64,000 nt of DNA from Rotaria socialis. Lineage: Eukaryota. The stretch lies in the NCBI GenBank assembly GCA_905331295.1, contig CAJNYD010000253.1:1-64000 (forward strand), in the 5' to 3' direction. Shown piece by piece: positions 25,674-40,404 of this stretch; the first letter of the stretch is position 1; every line of letters starts with the position of its first letter. Under the pieces are notes generated by a model, which was given only the letters and a program-made list of their open reading frames with translations, made no database searches and was not told the DNA's origin. Position numbers and translations under genes: made by a program.

Positions 25674-27849
25674 TTTATCATCATTATACTTATCATTTAT
25701 AACTTTCGGATATTGTAATGATTTTGATACGATAAGTTTATCTGGATCATTTGGTATCGATTTCAATATGTTAATAGAATAATCTGAATTCATATTTTCA
25801 AGTGTTATATCATCGACAGTTGCCAAACTATCACCAGGAATAATTCTCCCATCTAATTGTGCAGCATCACCAGCTACTAACGCACGTATTACAATAACAG
25901 GTGAATTACTTGGATTAGATGGATCTTGACAATCATGCACAGAAAATCCTTAATCTTGATCACCTTTATTTAATTCAATAATTAATGTAGAATTTGACCA
26001 TAGAGCTAAATTTGAAAAGACTTCTAATGTGTGTGTTGTAGTTGTTCGAGATAAAGTATTATTTGTTAAATGTAATGTTTCCATACTTTTAGCTTTATGA
26101 ACAATTTCAGTTGATTTATCAAATGATGTTGGACGAGTACTTTTTCGATTGACTTCCCCATTTATTTCATTAAATTGTTGAACTTTACGACGAGCACGGA
26201 CAAGTTTTATTTGATGTTTAAATAATTTAAGAATTTCAATAACATACATATGATTTTTTCCATATAACACTTGATTGTTAATCTTAAAAGAAGAAAAAAC
26301 AGATTTAAAAAATCGAACAAATATTTTTTACTTCAAGAAGTTCATCGCCAGGTTTTAATGTTACTTCTATGTCAATAACTCCACCAGACAATAAAGTTCT
26401 TATATAATGATGTGCATCAGTTTCTTTATCATTTTCAGTGTCAATTGTGCCTTCTAGTGCTAAACCAAGAGTATCATTATCAGGTTTATGAATATCACTA
26501 ATATAAATTTCGCAATTATTTCCTAAAATTTGAATCCATTTTTGATTTAGGGGTTATCTGGTAGCGTCCGTCAGGTCCAAAAATTTTTGAACCGGGTCCG
26601 GTCAATCAGAATTTTCAAACCCGAACCTGAACTCGAACCCACCCGATTAAAAATTTCATACCCGAACCCGGACCAGATACATCAAAAGCTGTTGAACCCA
26701 TACTAGTGGTAATACTATAACTCTGAAGCTGCTCTGATGAAATTATTCAATTTAAAGTAATGTACCTCACCTTTTATCTTTGAATTTAATTTAAAGATAA
26801 AACAAGCATACTTTGAACTTTAACTTTCTAAAAAGTCAAAATTGAAAGTATATTTTTCAGAAAAAAAATTCCAGTAAATCGTTCTTGTGCGAAAATTTGT
26901 TTTTAATGAAAAAAAATAGTTCTAAACAAAAAAGAACACTTTTGATGAAGAACTCTATTTGAATTTTAACTCTTTGAACCGCAAATTTTAAACATGCTTT
27001 TTTTTATTTGAAAGTAAGTTGAAGCTGGCATCCTTAACAAATGCCTGGTTTATTAATCAAAAATAGATCTGAAATGAAAGGTGCTCTTAAACGTGTAACC
27101 AGATTTTGTCGTGCTCACATATATTTTTGAAGAAAAATTATGCATGTAATTTTAAAAGCGAAATTTTTACGGCTCCTCACCCTCAACCCTCCCCATTACA
27201 GAATCCACCTGCCATTACAGGTACCCACGATGCATTACAAACATTAGCAACCATGCAACAACTAAATAAGACATTTTTTCTGCCGATCGGTTCTCTTGCA
27301 GTATATTTCCCACTTTACGTATTGTGTATTAGTAGAATTAGACGAAAAATCATAGGAGTTCCACATTTTAGCCCCGAAGGGGTTGCGCTAACAAATTTTT
27401 CTAATCGAATCTGGTGATCACTCCGAAGATACAACATACTGCTTTCCTTTTGTGCTAGACAAGTAGTGCATTTTACATGTTCTTTCAACTATCCGATAAA
27501 GATTTTTAAACAATTAATTTATGATGGTCTCTGATTTCTAGCGACTCGCTAGTAGTGTGCAGCTTCGAATGGAATAAGAAATGAATGGATTAAAGTGTTT
27601 ATATTGTTTCCTTTGTTAGATAACTTGACCATTAACAATATCTTTTTCCTTTTCACTGAATTGTATGCACAAAAATTTTCTTGTAATCTGAAACAATGAG
27701 TAAAAACTATTTCATCTGGATCCGAAGCCTGTCAAAAATAAGTTCCAGACCCGGAACTGGATCCGGACCAGACGGATATCTGTCCATTTGTATTCGATTG
27801 ATTTTGACATTCAAATTTTCCTTCAATTTAATATGAAGATTCCATTCTA
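25674..27849 (-). pseudogene. MPDZ/PATJ-like multi-PDZ gene fragment (two PDZ domains), disrupted
   Basis: LGLALEGT..HHYIRTLLSGG..PGDELLE|INNQVLYGKNH and IELNKGDQD*GFSV..QDPSNP..VIVIRALV..DGRIIPGD. In-frame TAA at 25950-25952 and a 1.2 kb insertion inside an exon. Confidence 0.82.
26561..27776. mobile_element. Non-autonomous TIR element inserted in the PDZ gene exon
   Basis: Ends (G)TCCGTCAGGTCC / GGACCAGACGGA, subterminal ACCCGA/CCGGA repeats, and flanking direct repeat TATCTG (26555-26560, 27777-27782). Confidence 0.7.
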
Positions 27850-28783
27850 AAAATGAAAAAACGTATTAAAAAATCATTTCTTCAATTTTTTCATGTTTAG
27901 CACTGTTAGAACGTATCGAGGCTTATTTTCATATAATGAATAGCGATAACATAAACTAAGGAAACAATAACAATAGCAATGGAGATACACTAAAAGAACG
28001 GAAAAAAAACGTATATTCTGTCCAAACTTTGAGATAAATGTATCTTCCGTGTATATTTTTTTCATTTAAAAATTATATCAAAGTTAGAATTTTTTGATTG
28101 GTTTTCTAGAACGCATTCGGTCGTAGGAGGTGAACCAAAATGTTTTTTGTGATCACAGTGAAGCTAGTCGAACAGAACGATTTATTTACGAAATTTTCAC
28201 GGGATCTGTCTTTTATTATTAGAGATATTACTGCTTAGCAACCAATCTTGGAATTATTTTCAACTCAAATTTTACTTGTAATCTATGAATAGATTTTCAT
28301 GATTTCATACGAATACATAAAAAATTCGAATCGAGATACATTGATATATTATATATGTTAAATTTGTATAGATGTCGCTTTGTGTATTACATATCGCCAT
28401 TGTTTCCTGTTTGTTGGCCTTCACTTATTCATTCATCTTCCCGTGTCCCTATCGGAGTAGTAAAAGACGAAGAACAAAACAAAAATTTGCTTGAATATTT
28501 TGAAATCTGCTCTTATGAAATTTATTTCTCCGTTCTTTATAAAGCATGTTTATTATTGTTTAAATTACGTAAGACAATATCTTTTTTCTTCGTAGGTTTT
28601 TTAGATTTCTCTCTGTCCTTATTGTCGCTCGACAGACGAATTCATATTAAACAAACTTTTTTCGATCTTGCTATTTATTAATTATTTATCACTTAGTCGT
28701 CTCGTTGTACGATTATTCACATTATTTGAAACATTTTTTTTTCGCATGATCACTACATCACCATCAATCGTTAGTTCATCATC

Positions 28784-31700
28784 ATGTCTGTTCCGAGTAA
28801 ATCTATTGATAAAAATAAACGCTATGCTGGTGTCAAAGCAAATGATTTTGTAAACAAAGCAAGGACAAACGAAACGAGTCGAGCAGCTGGTAAGTTAAAT
28901 AATAAAAATTCTTTGAAACAGAAATAGGAACTGTTTTCTTTTTTTTTAAGCTCGCACTCAAGGATGGACCAATCTCGGAAAAATCAGTAGTCGACGTATT
29001 CCACCACCGGCTAATTTACCAAGTTTAAAAAGTGAAACAGGTACAACTACAGTATCATTCGATCCAACAGTCTCAACTGGCACTAGCCATGGATGGACAG
29101 CTAGTGGAAATCAAACGCCAACAAATCTCGCTGCTAATCAAACACGTCCATTAACACCATCAAAACAGCCAACACAACAACAACTTGATTCATTATCTGC
29201 TCACGTTTCAACATCACCACCGCCTCTACCACCATCATCATCATCGACACTTGCATCTGATATTGAGAAACCTCGTGGATCAGCAACATGGAGTACAGTA
29301 ATAGTTGGCAATACTTCGGGAAATTCCAATGATCATCCGCCAAATTTACTCGGCTTAAATGATTTTCCACGTTTAGCTACACAAGATAATAAAACTGCAA
29401 AATCACAACATGATTCATTGCTTAATTCTATATCAGCAACGTCACAAGGACCTATTTTTCGACCAGCAAATCTAGCATCATGGAAAGAAGGTGGTGGTCG
29501 TGCTCAACCAGTATCAAATGATATAACTAAAGAGTCCAACGATAATAATAATAATAATAATTTATCAGCTTTATCTATGCAATCACAGATGCTACCGACT
29601 AATGCAAGTCCTAGTTTACTTCAATCACAAATACAGAATTCTAATAATTCACAATACAACCGAATGTATCAACCTCAACAACAACAACAACAACAACAAC
29701 AGCAACAACAACAAATGGTAATTTTCCATAGAATCACAAAAAACATATAAAATTAATAACTGAACAATGGAGATTTTTCTTTAGTCATACTTGATTAGAG
29801 CGAATCACGTCACCTGAATATAAATCATTTTTGCCAGATTCGCACCTAACCTAAATGTAGAAAAACACATATGAGAAAAATCGATGATTCTTTGCAAATC
29901 ATCTCAATAATTCTTTTAAAAATTAATCATCTATAAGAAAAACAAATTGAGTTTATATTGTATTAAACCACATTCATTCGAATCATTTTTTTCTGCTCAG
30001 TAAAAAGTATTTAATTCAACATTTTTTGTTTTTTAGTGGTCCTATAATGTCGGTAATTCCTATGGTTCATATGGAGCAAATCAAGCTCCTTCATCCATGT
30101 CTATGCATCAGTTACATCATCATCAGCAACGCGCATCACCGTACGGTAATAACGCTCAATCACAATCTCAACAGCAACGTATGAATGCGTCAGCAGATTA
30201 TAAGACTCCAACTATTCTACGAAATAAAGATATTGATGATTTATCAAAATTAACCGATAATGTAACATGGGCGAGTGCACCTCAGGAAGTGAATTATGAA
30301 GAAAAAATACGTTTCAGTGATGATGAAGACAATGACATAACGGACAATAATACTAAATCTCGTCGGTATAATAATAATAATAATTCTCAGAAACAATCAT
30401 ATCCTCAAGTATTACAAAATAATAATAATAATAATAATCGTTCAATGCATACAAATTATTCTCAACAGCAAACAACACGTTCGCGTTTATTACAAGACGA
30501 TGAACATGTTAAACAAATGCAAGACGATAAAAATTCCGAACTAATCAATACATTAACTGTCGCTAAACAACGACGTGATGAACAAGAACGTAATCTTCGC
30601 GATTCATCACAACGACCGTCTACGACTGTACAAAAATCATTCGACGATCAAAAACAAATACCTGGTTATCAAACGCGTCCATTGATAACTTCAACTGGTA
30701 AAGACAATTTAAGTTCATCACAAATCGATTCATCGTCATTATGGGGACAATCGAATAGTGGAACAACATCTCGTACTCGTCACGATACAACCGATAGTCA
30801 AACATTTGCAATGAAAAGTTGGTCTGATCAAATGGATTCTTTTAATTATGCTTCATTACATGAAAAGTAAGTCCTTTTTCTTTGTCGATGCAAATGCATA
30901 ACGATACTCTTAAGGGCGAGATCTTCGTACACAAGCGAAAGAATATCTTTATGTTGAGGTTACATTATTTTGCGTTGTTTAAAATAAGTAGAGAATTGAT
31001 TAATTAATATCATATGGTCGGGCAAATCCAATCATAATTCTTATTTTCTTTTTATTATCCACCCTGGAAAGAAAATACCCATCAGCTCTCTCCGTGTTAT
31101 GTTTTTTTTACAAAAGATAGAAACTATATTACAATAATAATGTAATATGACAGTTGCTGTAGATATAAATCAAACAATTATGTAACCGCAGGGTCAACAT
31201 CTTGAGTGCAGATATATTTCGTTTTCGAATTTATACAGCTGTAAGATATTTCCGAGATGTGAGTTGGTGAGAAATTCAAAGAGGACACACAATCTTGTCA
31301 TTGATAATCGCTCCTTAAAAATTATCTCTCTACAAGCACACCCGTCAGACACGAGTTTTGTTCGGTTCGTGTTCACTCTCTGGTACGCCTAGACTCTATG
31401 AGTGTAGTCTTATCTCTATTTTACCGCAAATTCATAAGAAAAATAATTTTCCTATATTTTTCTTTTAAAGATCCGGTGGACAAGTTGATACTGATGATCA
31501 TCATGATGATACTACAGCTGCAGTTACCATTACTAGTGTTCCATCTGTAACACACAAGTATAGTCGATCACAAAGTGAATCCAGTTGTCAATCTCAAACT
31601 GATAATAATGGAACGACAATAAATCGATCCAAAAATTATCCGATATCCAATCGTAGACAACCAAAATCAAATTTAATTCTTTCGAAACCAACACGTCCGA

Positions 31701-34700
31701 AAGCTAAACCTGCGGATGTTATCGATTATTTTGAAAATAATGAACATCAACATCATATGAAATCTAATGATCAATGGGGTGATGTTGATGAAACAAATTA
31801 TAATGCAAATAATCGCTATCAACAATCTTACTTCAACGATCGCCGTTCGACTAGTCATCATCAACAACAACAAAATCTCTCGGAAGATTTATCACAAAAA
31901 TCAAATCGTCATAACGAACAAACCAATGATTTCAATCGAACTAAACAACCCGCTAAAACACGTTCAAATGGTAAAACAAGAGACTGTCTTTCTCTATTTT
32001 ATATTTATCTCTATATTTTAGTAGCATCTCGTCAATCAGACATGCCATCATCATCATCGTCGAAAGTTGAGACTAAAACAGTGACTAGCAAAGCTCAGCC
32101 AGCATGGCGCCCACTATCTCCAGCACGTCCATTGGATCCAAACGAACCAACGCTACAAGAAGCCATAACCTATAAATCACAAATAAAAACGAACGATTCT
32201 AATGATCGTCGGCAATCAGCGCCCGTTGAACGTAAACAACGTTATACAACAAGTACAACACCAATTAATACCGCATCGATTCCGCCATTAATGAGTGTAC
32301 GATCTGATGTACCCCCGGCACCTATTCAAACGTCAAACACGGCATCGAAACATTTCAAGACATCAAATCAATCGCAAAGACAAGATTATAATAGTTCATC
32401 ACATTATTCTCAACGAAATGATTTTTACAATGAAACAAATGATTCGGCTTGGGGCAATGACGAGGATTATTATGATGATGAAACAGGCTATTACGATCCG
32501 AATATTCAAAATCATCAACGCCATCATCAGTCAATGGGTTATCATTCGAATGTACATCATAGAGGATACATTGCATTAGGCTCCTATGGACGATATCGTC
32601 GGGGTGGAACACTTCGTCAACAACAACAATATAATGCCTATAATGTCAACACTACATCCTCACAACTTAACACAAGTACAGGAGCGAGAACAAAAAAAGT
32701 CATAACAAACCGCACGACAACGACGAAAAAACCCAATGAACCACCTGAACAAACAGAACCAACAAAACTCGTTACTGATGAAATAGTAAAAAAGCCAACA
32801 CCATGGGGTTTGGATACGAAACCATCGACTATAGAAGAAGTACCAAAAGTGAAGCCAATCGAAACACCTGTAGTATCAATTGAAATTGAAAAACCAAAAG
32901 AAACAATAACAATAACGTCAGAACCAAAACCTGAAAATGAACCAATTGTTGCTGGACAAACAGAAATTGATTCAACGGTAACAAATAAAAAACCAATAGC
33001 AACGACAAATTCACAGAGAAAACCAAATAAAGATCAACAGAATTATCATTATCAAAATCAAAATCAGCCAGTATCTCATCATAGAAATACCTATGGACGT
33101 TCAGCACAAGGTAAATATTCGAAATTTATTTAACTCGAAAACAACTATATAACTATTTAGATTATGATACGACACAAATTTCTAGCCATAATTATTACGG
33201 TACTGGACATCGTGCTACACGAGGGGGTCGTACGGCACGTATGCATGATTTATCCGGTGGTTATTATTATGAACATCCTCAGCAGTATGTATCCCAAGTC
33301 GCTTACAGTTTTCTTTAGCGTTCTTATTTTTTCGTAGGCGTTATAATAATCGATATAATTATTCAAATGAACATTATTCACAACAACATCAAGTACATAT
33401 CCCGAATAAAACTATCAAACGTGCTGGTTTGTCGACTGCAACAAACGATCGTCAACAGACCAAACAGCAAACAACGAAAGGTAACGCTATTATTAACCCT
33501 CGTCTTCAATCAGCCAGTGATAATGAACAAAAAGAAGGCGAAGAATGGGAAACAGCATCGGAATCAAGTGCGAACATGCGTTCTGGTCATCCCGAGACTA
33601 ATCCACAAGTAGCGAAGTCTATTACAAGTGAAACAAAATCGACACATCGTGATCGAACACCACCAAAGAAAAGTTTTTCAAGTCAAAGGTAATTATGAAA
33701 ACTAGATTTAAACTCGTACATTTGTTTCGCTGTTAGACCATTGAATTCTCGTCACGCTGAAACTGGTATTCATCGTCGTTCACATAATCTACATGATCGT
33801 GGTAGTAAAACAGCTCGAATTACGACTCATCGTCCGAGTCGTTCAGTAACCAATCAAAAACCGAGTTCAACACAAAGACTCGATGAAGAAAAGTTAGTTT
33901 GAAATTTTTACCCGGATTGAAAAATTATTCGAAAATTTTGTTTTAGTTCAACTGGAAAACAAGTGAAAAAAGATCAACATCGCCATTCTCTTGAAGGCTA
34001 TGATTTAAATAATGTTGCTGGTAAGGATGAAACTTGTTTTTTTCTTCGAACCTAATTCTATATTTTATATTCTAATCAAAAAGGTGTTGTTAAAATTGAG
34101 ACACTACCAGCGAGTGCATTAGAAGAAGAAAATGAAGCTTTTGATGATGGCGGCGAAGAATTTTGTGTTGTTATGTCTAAGCGTGGTCGTAAAGAACAAA
34201 AAGCTGCTCAGCTATCGAAACAAATTGCGATTGAATCAACTGTTACTACTAGCATACCAACTGACCAACCAATAAAACCAGCATTGATTGTCAATGATGA
34301 ACAACAAACAATTGAGGTAAAAACTTATTTTAGCAAAACATATTCTATAATTTTTATTCGTTCTTTTAGAAAATTTCGAACGATACTAATCAAACGAGTG
34401 CTACACGTGCTCGCAGTGGTAAATCAGTTCCACCACGTTTCAATAGTAAAACATCGAGTTCAACGACGCGTCAACATAATACGAAAACTGATCATCAGAG
34501 CGCTTCGATGAACTATTATTATGATCAGAATTATTATTATTATGATCAAAGTCAATATTACGATGACGGATCTTATTATAGCTATGGGAATTATAATCAA
34601 TCTCATCGACAACCATCAACACGTCGTAAACAGCGCAGTCAACAAAGTCATGATGCAAATGTAGTAGATGATATCGGCAGTGAACGAAAACCTGAAGTTA

Positions 34701-37700
34701 ATATTGCTGAAAAAGTTCACTCAACAGCGTCAAATGTTATGTCAAATATTCAAATGTGGGATCCACATACAGAGAGTACGATTTCGAATTCAAGTAAATT
34801 AATCGAAAAACGTAAGTTTCTTATATGTAAATTCCATATGAAGTCCGATAGAGCCCTCATTTCTTGTTAACCCAAAATAATTTTTGTTTCTAGCGACTCA
34901 CGATCGAAAATTTGGAAATGAAGTAGTTCCTTCTTCATCGTCAAATGATCCATCATTACCACTTCATCAACGCACAGCAACAGATGTAAGTATTTCTATC
35001 TTGTGATTTGCATTTTATTATATCTCGTTTTTTCTTATAGTTAACTACGCATTCAACAGTATCGAAAACTAATGAAACAATTGCGCGAACGATTAAACCG
35101 CCTGTAACAGATAATAAAGTTAACCGAGACAATAAGGTAATGTCTACTGAAATTTATATCTTAGAAAACAAAACAAATTCTTTCTTTTCATTTAGACAAA
35201 ATCTACTAGTTATGAAAAGAATGATACTATTGCATCATTAGGTTCGAATCAATTATTTGAAAAGGTAAGTCGATATTGTTTTCGACTCCTATTTTCTTAC
35301 GATCTTTATTTATTTCAGAGTACATTTTTGGATTATGACGATAAACAGTCTATCGGCACAGTTGGTGATGATTACAATCAAAAGATAAATTCACTTAAAA
35401 CAATATGGGATGCATCCGATCATCCAAGGTATAGAGAACGAACTTTTTATGATTTCCCGCAACAACAATTTTCGATTTAATTTAGTATGCAACTTGAACA
35501 AACAATTAATACAATGGTTGCGATGAAACAAAAAAAACAACATCAAGATAATACTGTTCCAAGTAACAATTCAACAAAAGCCGATACCTACGTTAAAGAA
35601 TCAATACCAACATCGTCAACAAATATATCAGTCACAAATACAAATGTTTCATCCGCAATTGCTGATGATACAAATAATAAAAATACGGTAGCTACTGGTA
35701 ATCTACAATCGACAGGATCTTCATCGACTATCAATCAACCGCCAACATATTCAACAAGTACTGTTTCAAGTAAAAATGAACAAAAGAATATTTGCACAGT
35801 AAGTATTTCACGGCCGGATCTACACGAACGAAGACATTACGCCGCAGTGTTTTAGAGCTCATCGGGGCTGAAAATTTTGATCCATTGAACGATATTTTTT
35901 TGAATTTTTCCGCTTTATTCAAAAATTTTAAGGCTTCTGATGAAAAGTGAATGATTTTGTTGTCCGATTAGAAAATTTTCTTGACATTTTTAAAGGCAAG
36001 TTTAAAATTCTGCAAACCCGGAAAAGTGAGCATTAAGATCCGGGTTCCAGAAGCTTTATCGATCGGGTCCGGATCCATAAATTCTTGGGCTCGATGAACT
36101 ATATCAGCGATTAGATTTAAACACACTGAATTTATAATCTGTCTTCAGGTAAAACCAACTCAGCAAGTTGCACCGAATATTCAAGACCAAGTTGATGTAA
36201 CAAGTTATCAAACATTTGCAGTTCCTCCACTACCGCCACCGATGTCTCAAGCGTCGCTACAACAGCAACAACAACAACATATTCTTCCTCAATCTCAAGT
36301 TAATACACTACATCAACAACATACCTATCCATTCTATGAAAATCTTTTACCAGCTCCTCCACCACCACTACCGCAGCAACAAGCACAACAACAACAACAA
36401 CAACAGCAACAACAACAATTTAATCGAGTAATATATATTGAATTTTTTGCCAGAGTCCTTAGTTTTATTCGTTGAGTTGAGAGTTTGAATAAAAAACAAA
36501 CGAATATTAAATCCGATCCTATCCATCTGATATTTATATATAAATATAGATTTATTCATCGACTTCAAATACTACCAGTACGGATCCGATAAATTCAGAT
36601 TTTTCGAGTATTCAATCTTCACAAATCGTAAGTTTGTGCCTTGCTTAATCGTTGTAAACTCATGTATATATATATATATATATGTATATCTATCAAATGT
36701 AAAGTTCAAAATGCTTCAAAAAAGATCGAAATGAATTTCCTTATGTATATGCCATATCTTTGCTTATAATTCCCTTCTATTTATACAATTATATAGAAAT
36801 GAATACACTATTCTCGCATTTACTTGTTTAACTAACACAGATGTAGATGTTAAGTAATTCGATAGTATGATATAAATTCATCTTCTTGTTTAGTATGCAC
36901 CACAAAACTTTCAATATCGAAATACAAATGTTTTCATACAACCACCAAACGTACCAAATACAAACTCAATGTTTCATCATACATCTCAAGGTTCGATTTC
37001 GGGTATATTCTATTGAGCGTTAAGTTCTTTCGAATTTTATGTAGTTTATCCGTTTTCAGCTCCACCACAAAACAATGCCATGCCACCAATGGCTAGTTAT
37101 CCATCGCCATTTTTGGTGGATCATGGCGGTCATATGATTAGTCAACCACAACCACCACCTCCACCACAAGCATATATGAGTATGTGTTCATTTTTTAGGA
37201 AAGAATTTGTTAAAATCATATTCGCGCATTTTTCTAGATAATCAAATGATGTCTGGTCGGCCACAAGGTGGTCCATACTATCGAACTACACCACAGCAGC
37301 AAATGCAAACACCACCAGGACCACCCTATGGTACTCAAGATCCATTAGCACACGGAGGATTTTATCCACCATTCTTTCAACCACCAAATTCAAATGCTCC
37401 ACCTGTTGGACATCCGTCGCCTCATAATGTAAATAACGTTTTCTCTTATTTTATTCCCTTGAAGAGTGAGAGAAGCTAGTCTAATCCGCAACCGCGAGTT
37501 CAAAATTTAAGCCTAAAATTCCATTTTAGTTATATGGACAAAACGAAGGTTTTCATCCACCACATCCACAAATGTTCGCTCGTGCTGGTTCAATCGATCG
37601 TGGTGATCATGCGTTAATGTCTCAACCTCCACCACAATCGTTATCTCGTCCAACCAATTATCCATCGACATCATCAAATCAACAACAACAACAACAACAA

Positions 37701-38087
37701 CAACAAGGTCAACCGCCGTCATTACTATCACAAAACTTAAAGTCATTTCATACCAATCAACAACAAACATCTTCATCAAATCAAGCTCAATTTTATCCAC
37801 CACCAAATCAATACGCTCGTCAACTGATGCCCAGTGGTGCTATGAATACAACAAATAATCGTCCGCAAACTCAACAAGTACCGAGTCTAATGAGTGGTTT
37901 AAATAAGAATTTTTCAAACAATGGAAATAATATGAATAATACACAATCGTTATTTCAACATCGACAGCCATTACTACCTCCACAATCGAACAACAGTCGT
38001 CCGTTATATCAACATAATGCACAATATTCAAATTATTCTAAATCAACTGGTCCGAATGATGATAATGTTAAACCAAAACATATGTAG
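28784..38087 (+). CDS. PRRC2: PRRC2/BAT2 family protein, many exons
   Basis: BAT2_N motif LGKISSRRIPPPANLPSLKSE, DFPRL, EVNYEEKIRFSDDED, EEWETASESS, and a Q/P-rich C-terminus. Confidence 0.88.
35852..36102. mobile_element. MITE in a PRRC2 intron
   Basis: TAGAGCTCATCGGGGC..GATCC versus reverse complement of the end, TATAGTTCATCGAGCC..GGATCC. TSD not clean. Confidence 0.6.
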
Positions 38088-38589
38088 ACAGAAATCCTGA
38101 CACTTTTTTTTGGCTTTTTTCATTTCACTCTTCTCATTTAAACATTTATTCGTTCTTTATTCTTCTTTTTCTTCGGTTTTCTAACTTTATGTTGTGTGTG
38201 TGTGTGTGCGTGTGCGTTTGTGTGTTGATTAAAAAGAGAAAAACTAAATCCTTTTTTTTTCTTTTGGCCCACATTATATTATTCGATATTGTATATGTGT
38301 CACTATTTCCCTTACTTACTGTTGTTGTGCTCGAGAGTAACGAAAAATTATTTAAAAACAAAACAAAAAGAAGACACTCGTATTCTCAAGAAAAATCAGC
38401 ACACGCTCTTCCTTATCCTTGTTCTGCTGCATTCGTTTATTTCATTTTTTTTTGTATAGCAATCCATGTTTCTCTTTTTTTTTTACTATATTTACAGACA
38501 ATACACTTTAACGTTCGTTTGTCTTTAAGAAACAAACACAACCAAAAGTTCGTCTTCTATTTCTCATCGATCATATGTTTCAGATAAGA

Positions 38590-40404
38590 ATGTCTACTGT
38601 AAAAAATATTGAGGAAGAAAAACAATTACTATCCGAACGGTTGAATGCACTAAGTACAAAAGATCTTCATGCATTTGACTTGCAACTAACATTATTACGA
38701 ACAGCATCTGAATCGTATAAACGTGAAACTGTATTTAAACCATGTCCGCCTTTTCTTGCCGGACTCAGTGATGATGAATTGGTGAGTAATATGACATCCG
38801 TGAGACACGTTTTGATCCTCTACACATTCATAAATCTCCGCGTCGTAGCGAAAGAGTCAAACTCAATAATATTTTGATTGTGTGAAAAATTGATTTTTTA
38901 AAATTGATGTGTAAAACAACAGGCGTTACCATGATTGCTGTGACTAACCATTATCACGGCGACCACAAGCCATGACTAGAACTAATGTGCCGAAATTTTT
39001 CGAATCATTAGCGAATAGTCTCGTGTGATGTTTCGCTTTTTATTCGAACTTTAATGGTTCTTACAGGTTGAGCGAGCGATTGCCGTTTTTTTCTTCTTCT
39101 GAGCTTGACTTTAGTAAAAACTAGCCGGTGCCGGATAGTTTCGTCCACATGGACTGTTCGAGTAGTTTACTTGATCTATGCATCATTCTCATGGTTTTCG
39201 ACTTAGCACAAAACATATTTTCTTTCCGGCATATGAGTAAGAGCAGATTCGAGATATTCTTATGTCGCAATTAAGGCACTTGTTATTTATCAGCCCAGAC
39301 GGATCGGTATGTTGTAGAAAGAACTGCCTGGTCCATCAATAAAGACTCCCGAATTTAAAAGTCAAACCGAAACATATGTTTTTAGCGTACTGCTTTTCGT
39401 TTGCCGCCCGTCGTTGTATTTATGTCAGTGCTCGAAGAATTAAGTGAACTACAAATTTTTTTACTTAATTGGCTATTAACCCGTGATACATTCAAATTAA
39501 ATATGGTACCCGTAGAACATGTATGTATTGAAATTGACAAGAAATTCTTTTTATATTTGAAAAATAAAATTTTCTAAGGTCCTGTCTCTTGTAAAACATC
39601 ATTTATCTGTTCCAACGCCGAATTTTGCCTTCGAAATTAATTACAACCAAATTCGTAATGAGCGTTTTAATGATTTAACACAAAACGATCATTATCAGAA
39701 ATTGTTTGCATATCATGGCACACGCTTGGATAACCTTCATTCAATCCTTCATATTGGTTTTCTTGGGCATATGAATAAACTTTCATTGTTTGGCTCGGGC
39801 ACGTATTTTTCCGTCGAGCCATCTGTTTCACTTCACTATTCACCGTTTGCAACTGTTTGGCCTAATAGTCTATTAGGCAAAAGGCTAAGTTGTCTTTTAT
39901 TATGTGAAATTATCGATCAACCTGACCATGTGAAACGTGCAACTGAAAGTAAGAATTCGTCAATAGATAGAAATCACAATTGCAGTCTTCGATTTAGATG
40001 AAACATCGAACGATCAAGAGCGTAGAACTGTTCGCGATAGTCAAGCTGGTGCTGTGCCCGATAAATATGTGGTTGTTACATCCAACGAACTCGTACGAGT
40101 CAAATATATTCTAATCTATGCCGAATCAAATGAATTAATGCAGTAAGCTTAATTTTTTCTTGCTTTGTTAATTCCTATGCTGCCTTTTGTTTGTTTGTTT
40201 GTTTTGTTTAGAAACGATCAAGGAACAAGATCTCGTTTACGAACATTTTTATCGGCTAATCGTTATCATCTCTATTTATTTTTCTATTTTCTTCTTCTTT
40301 TATTAATTGGATTTTTTAATTCGAATTTGTTTAAATTTTATTGGCGTTTATTTAAAAAACGTTCGAATCATCTTCTTTTTGGTTCATGGCATGTGACTCA
40401 ATAA
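38590..40404 (+). CDS. PARP16: Mono-ADP-ribosyltransferase PARP16-like with C-terminal TM anchor, 5 exons
   Basis: SYKRETVFKPCP, FAYHGTRLDNLHSILHIG, SLFGSGTYFS, PDKYVVV (H-Y-Y triad), and a hydrophobic tail. Confidence 0.9.

Noticed and set aside
2059..38087. LSM14 and PRRC2 (both RNA-granule proteins) as a functional cluster
   Set aside because: They are 25 kb apart with unrelated genes between, and nothing suggests more than coincidence.
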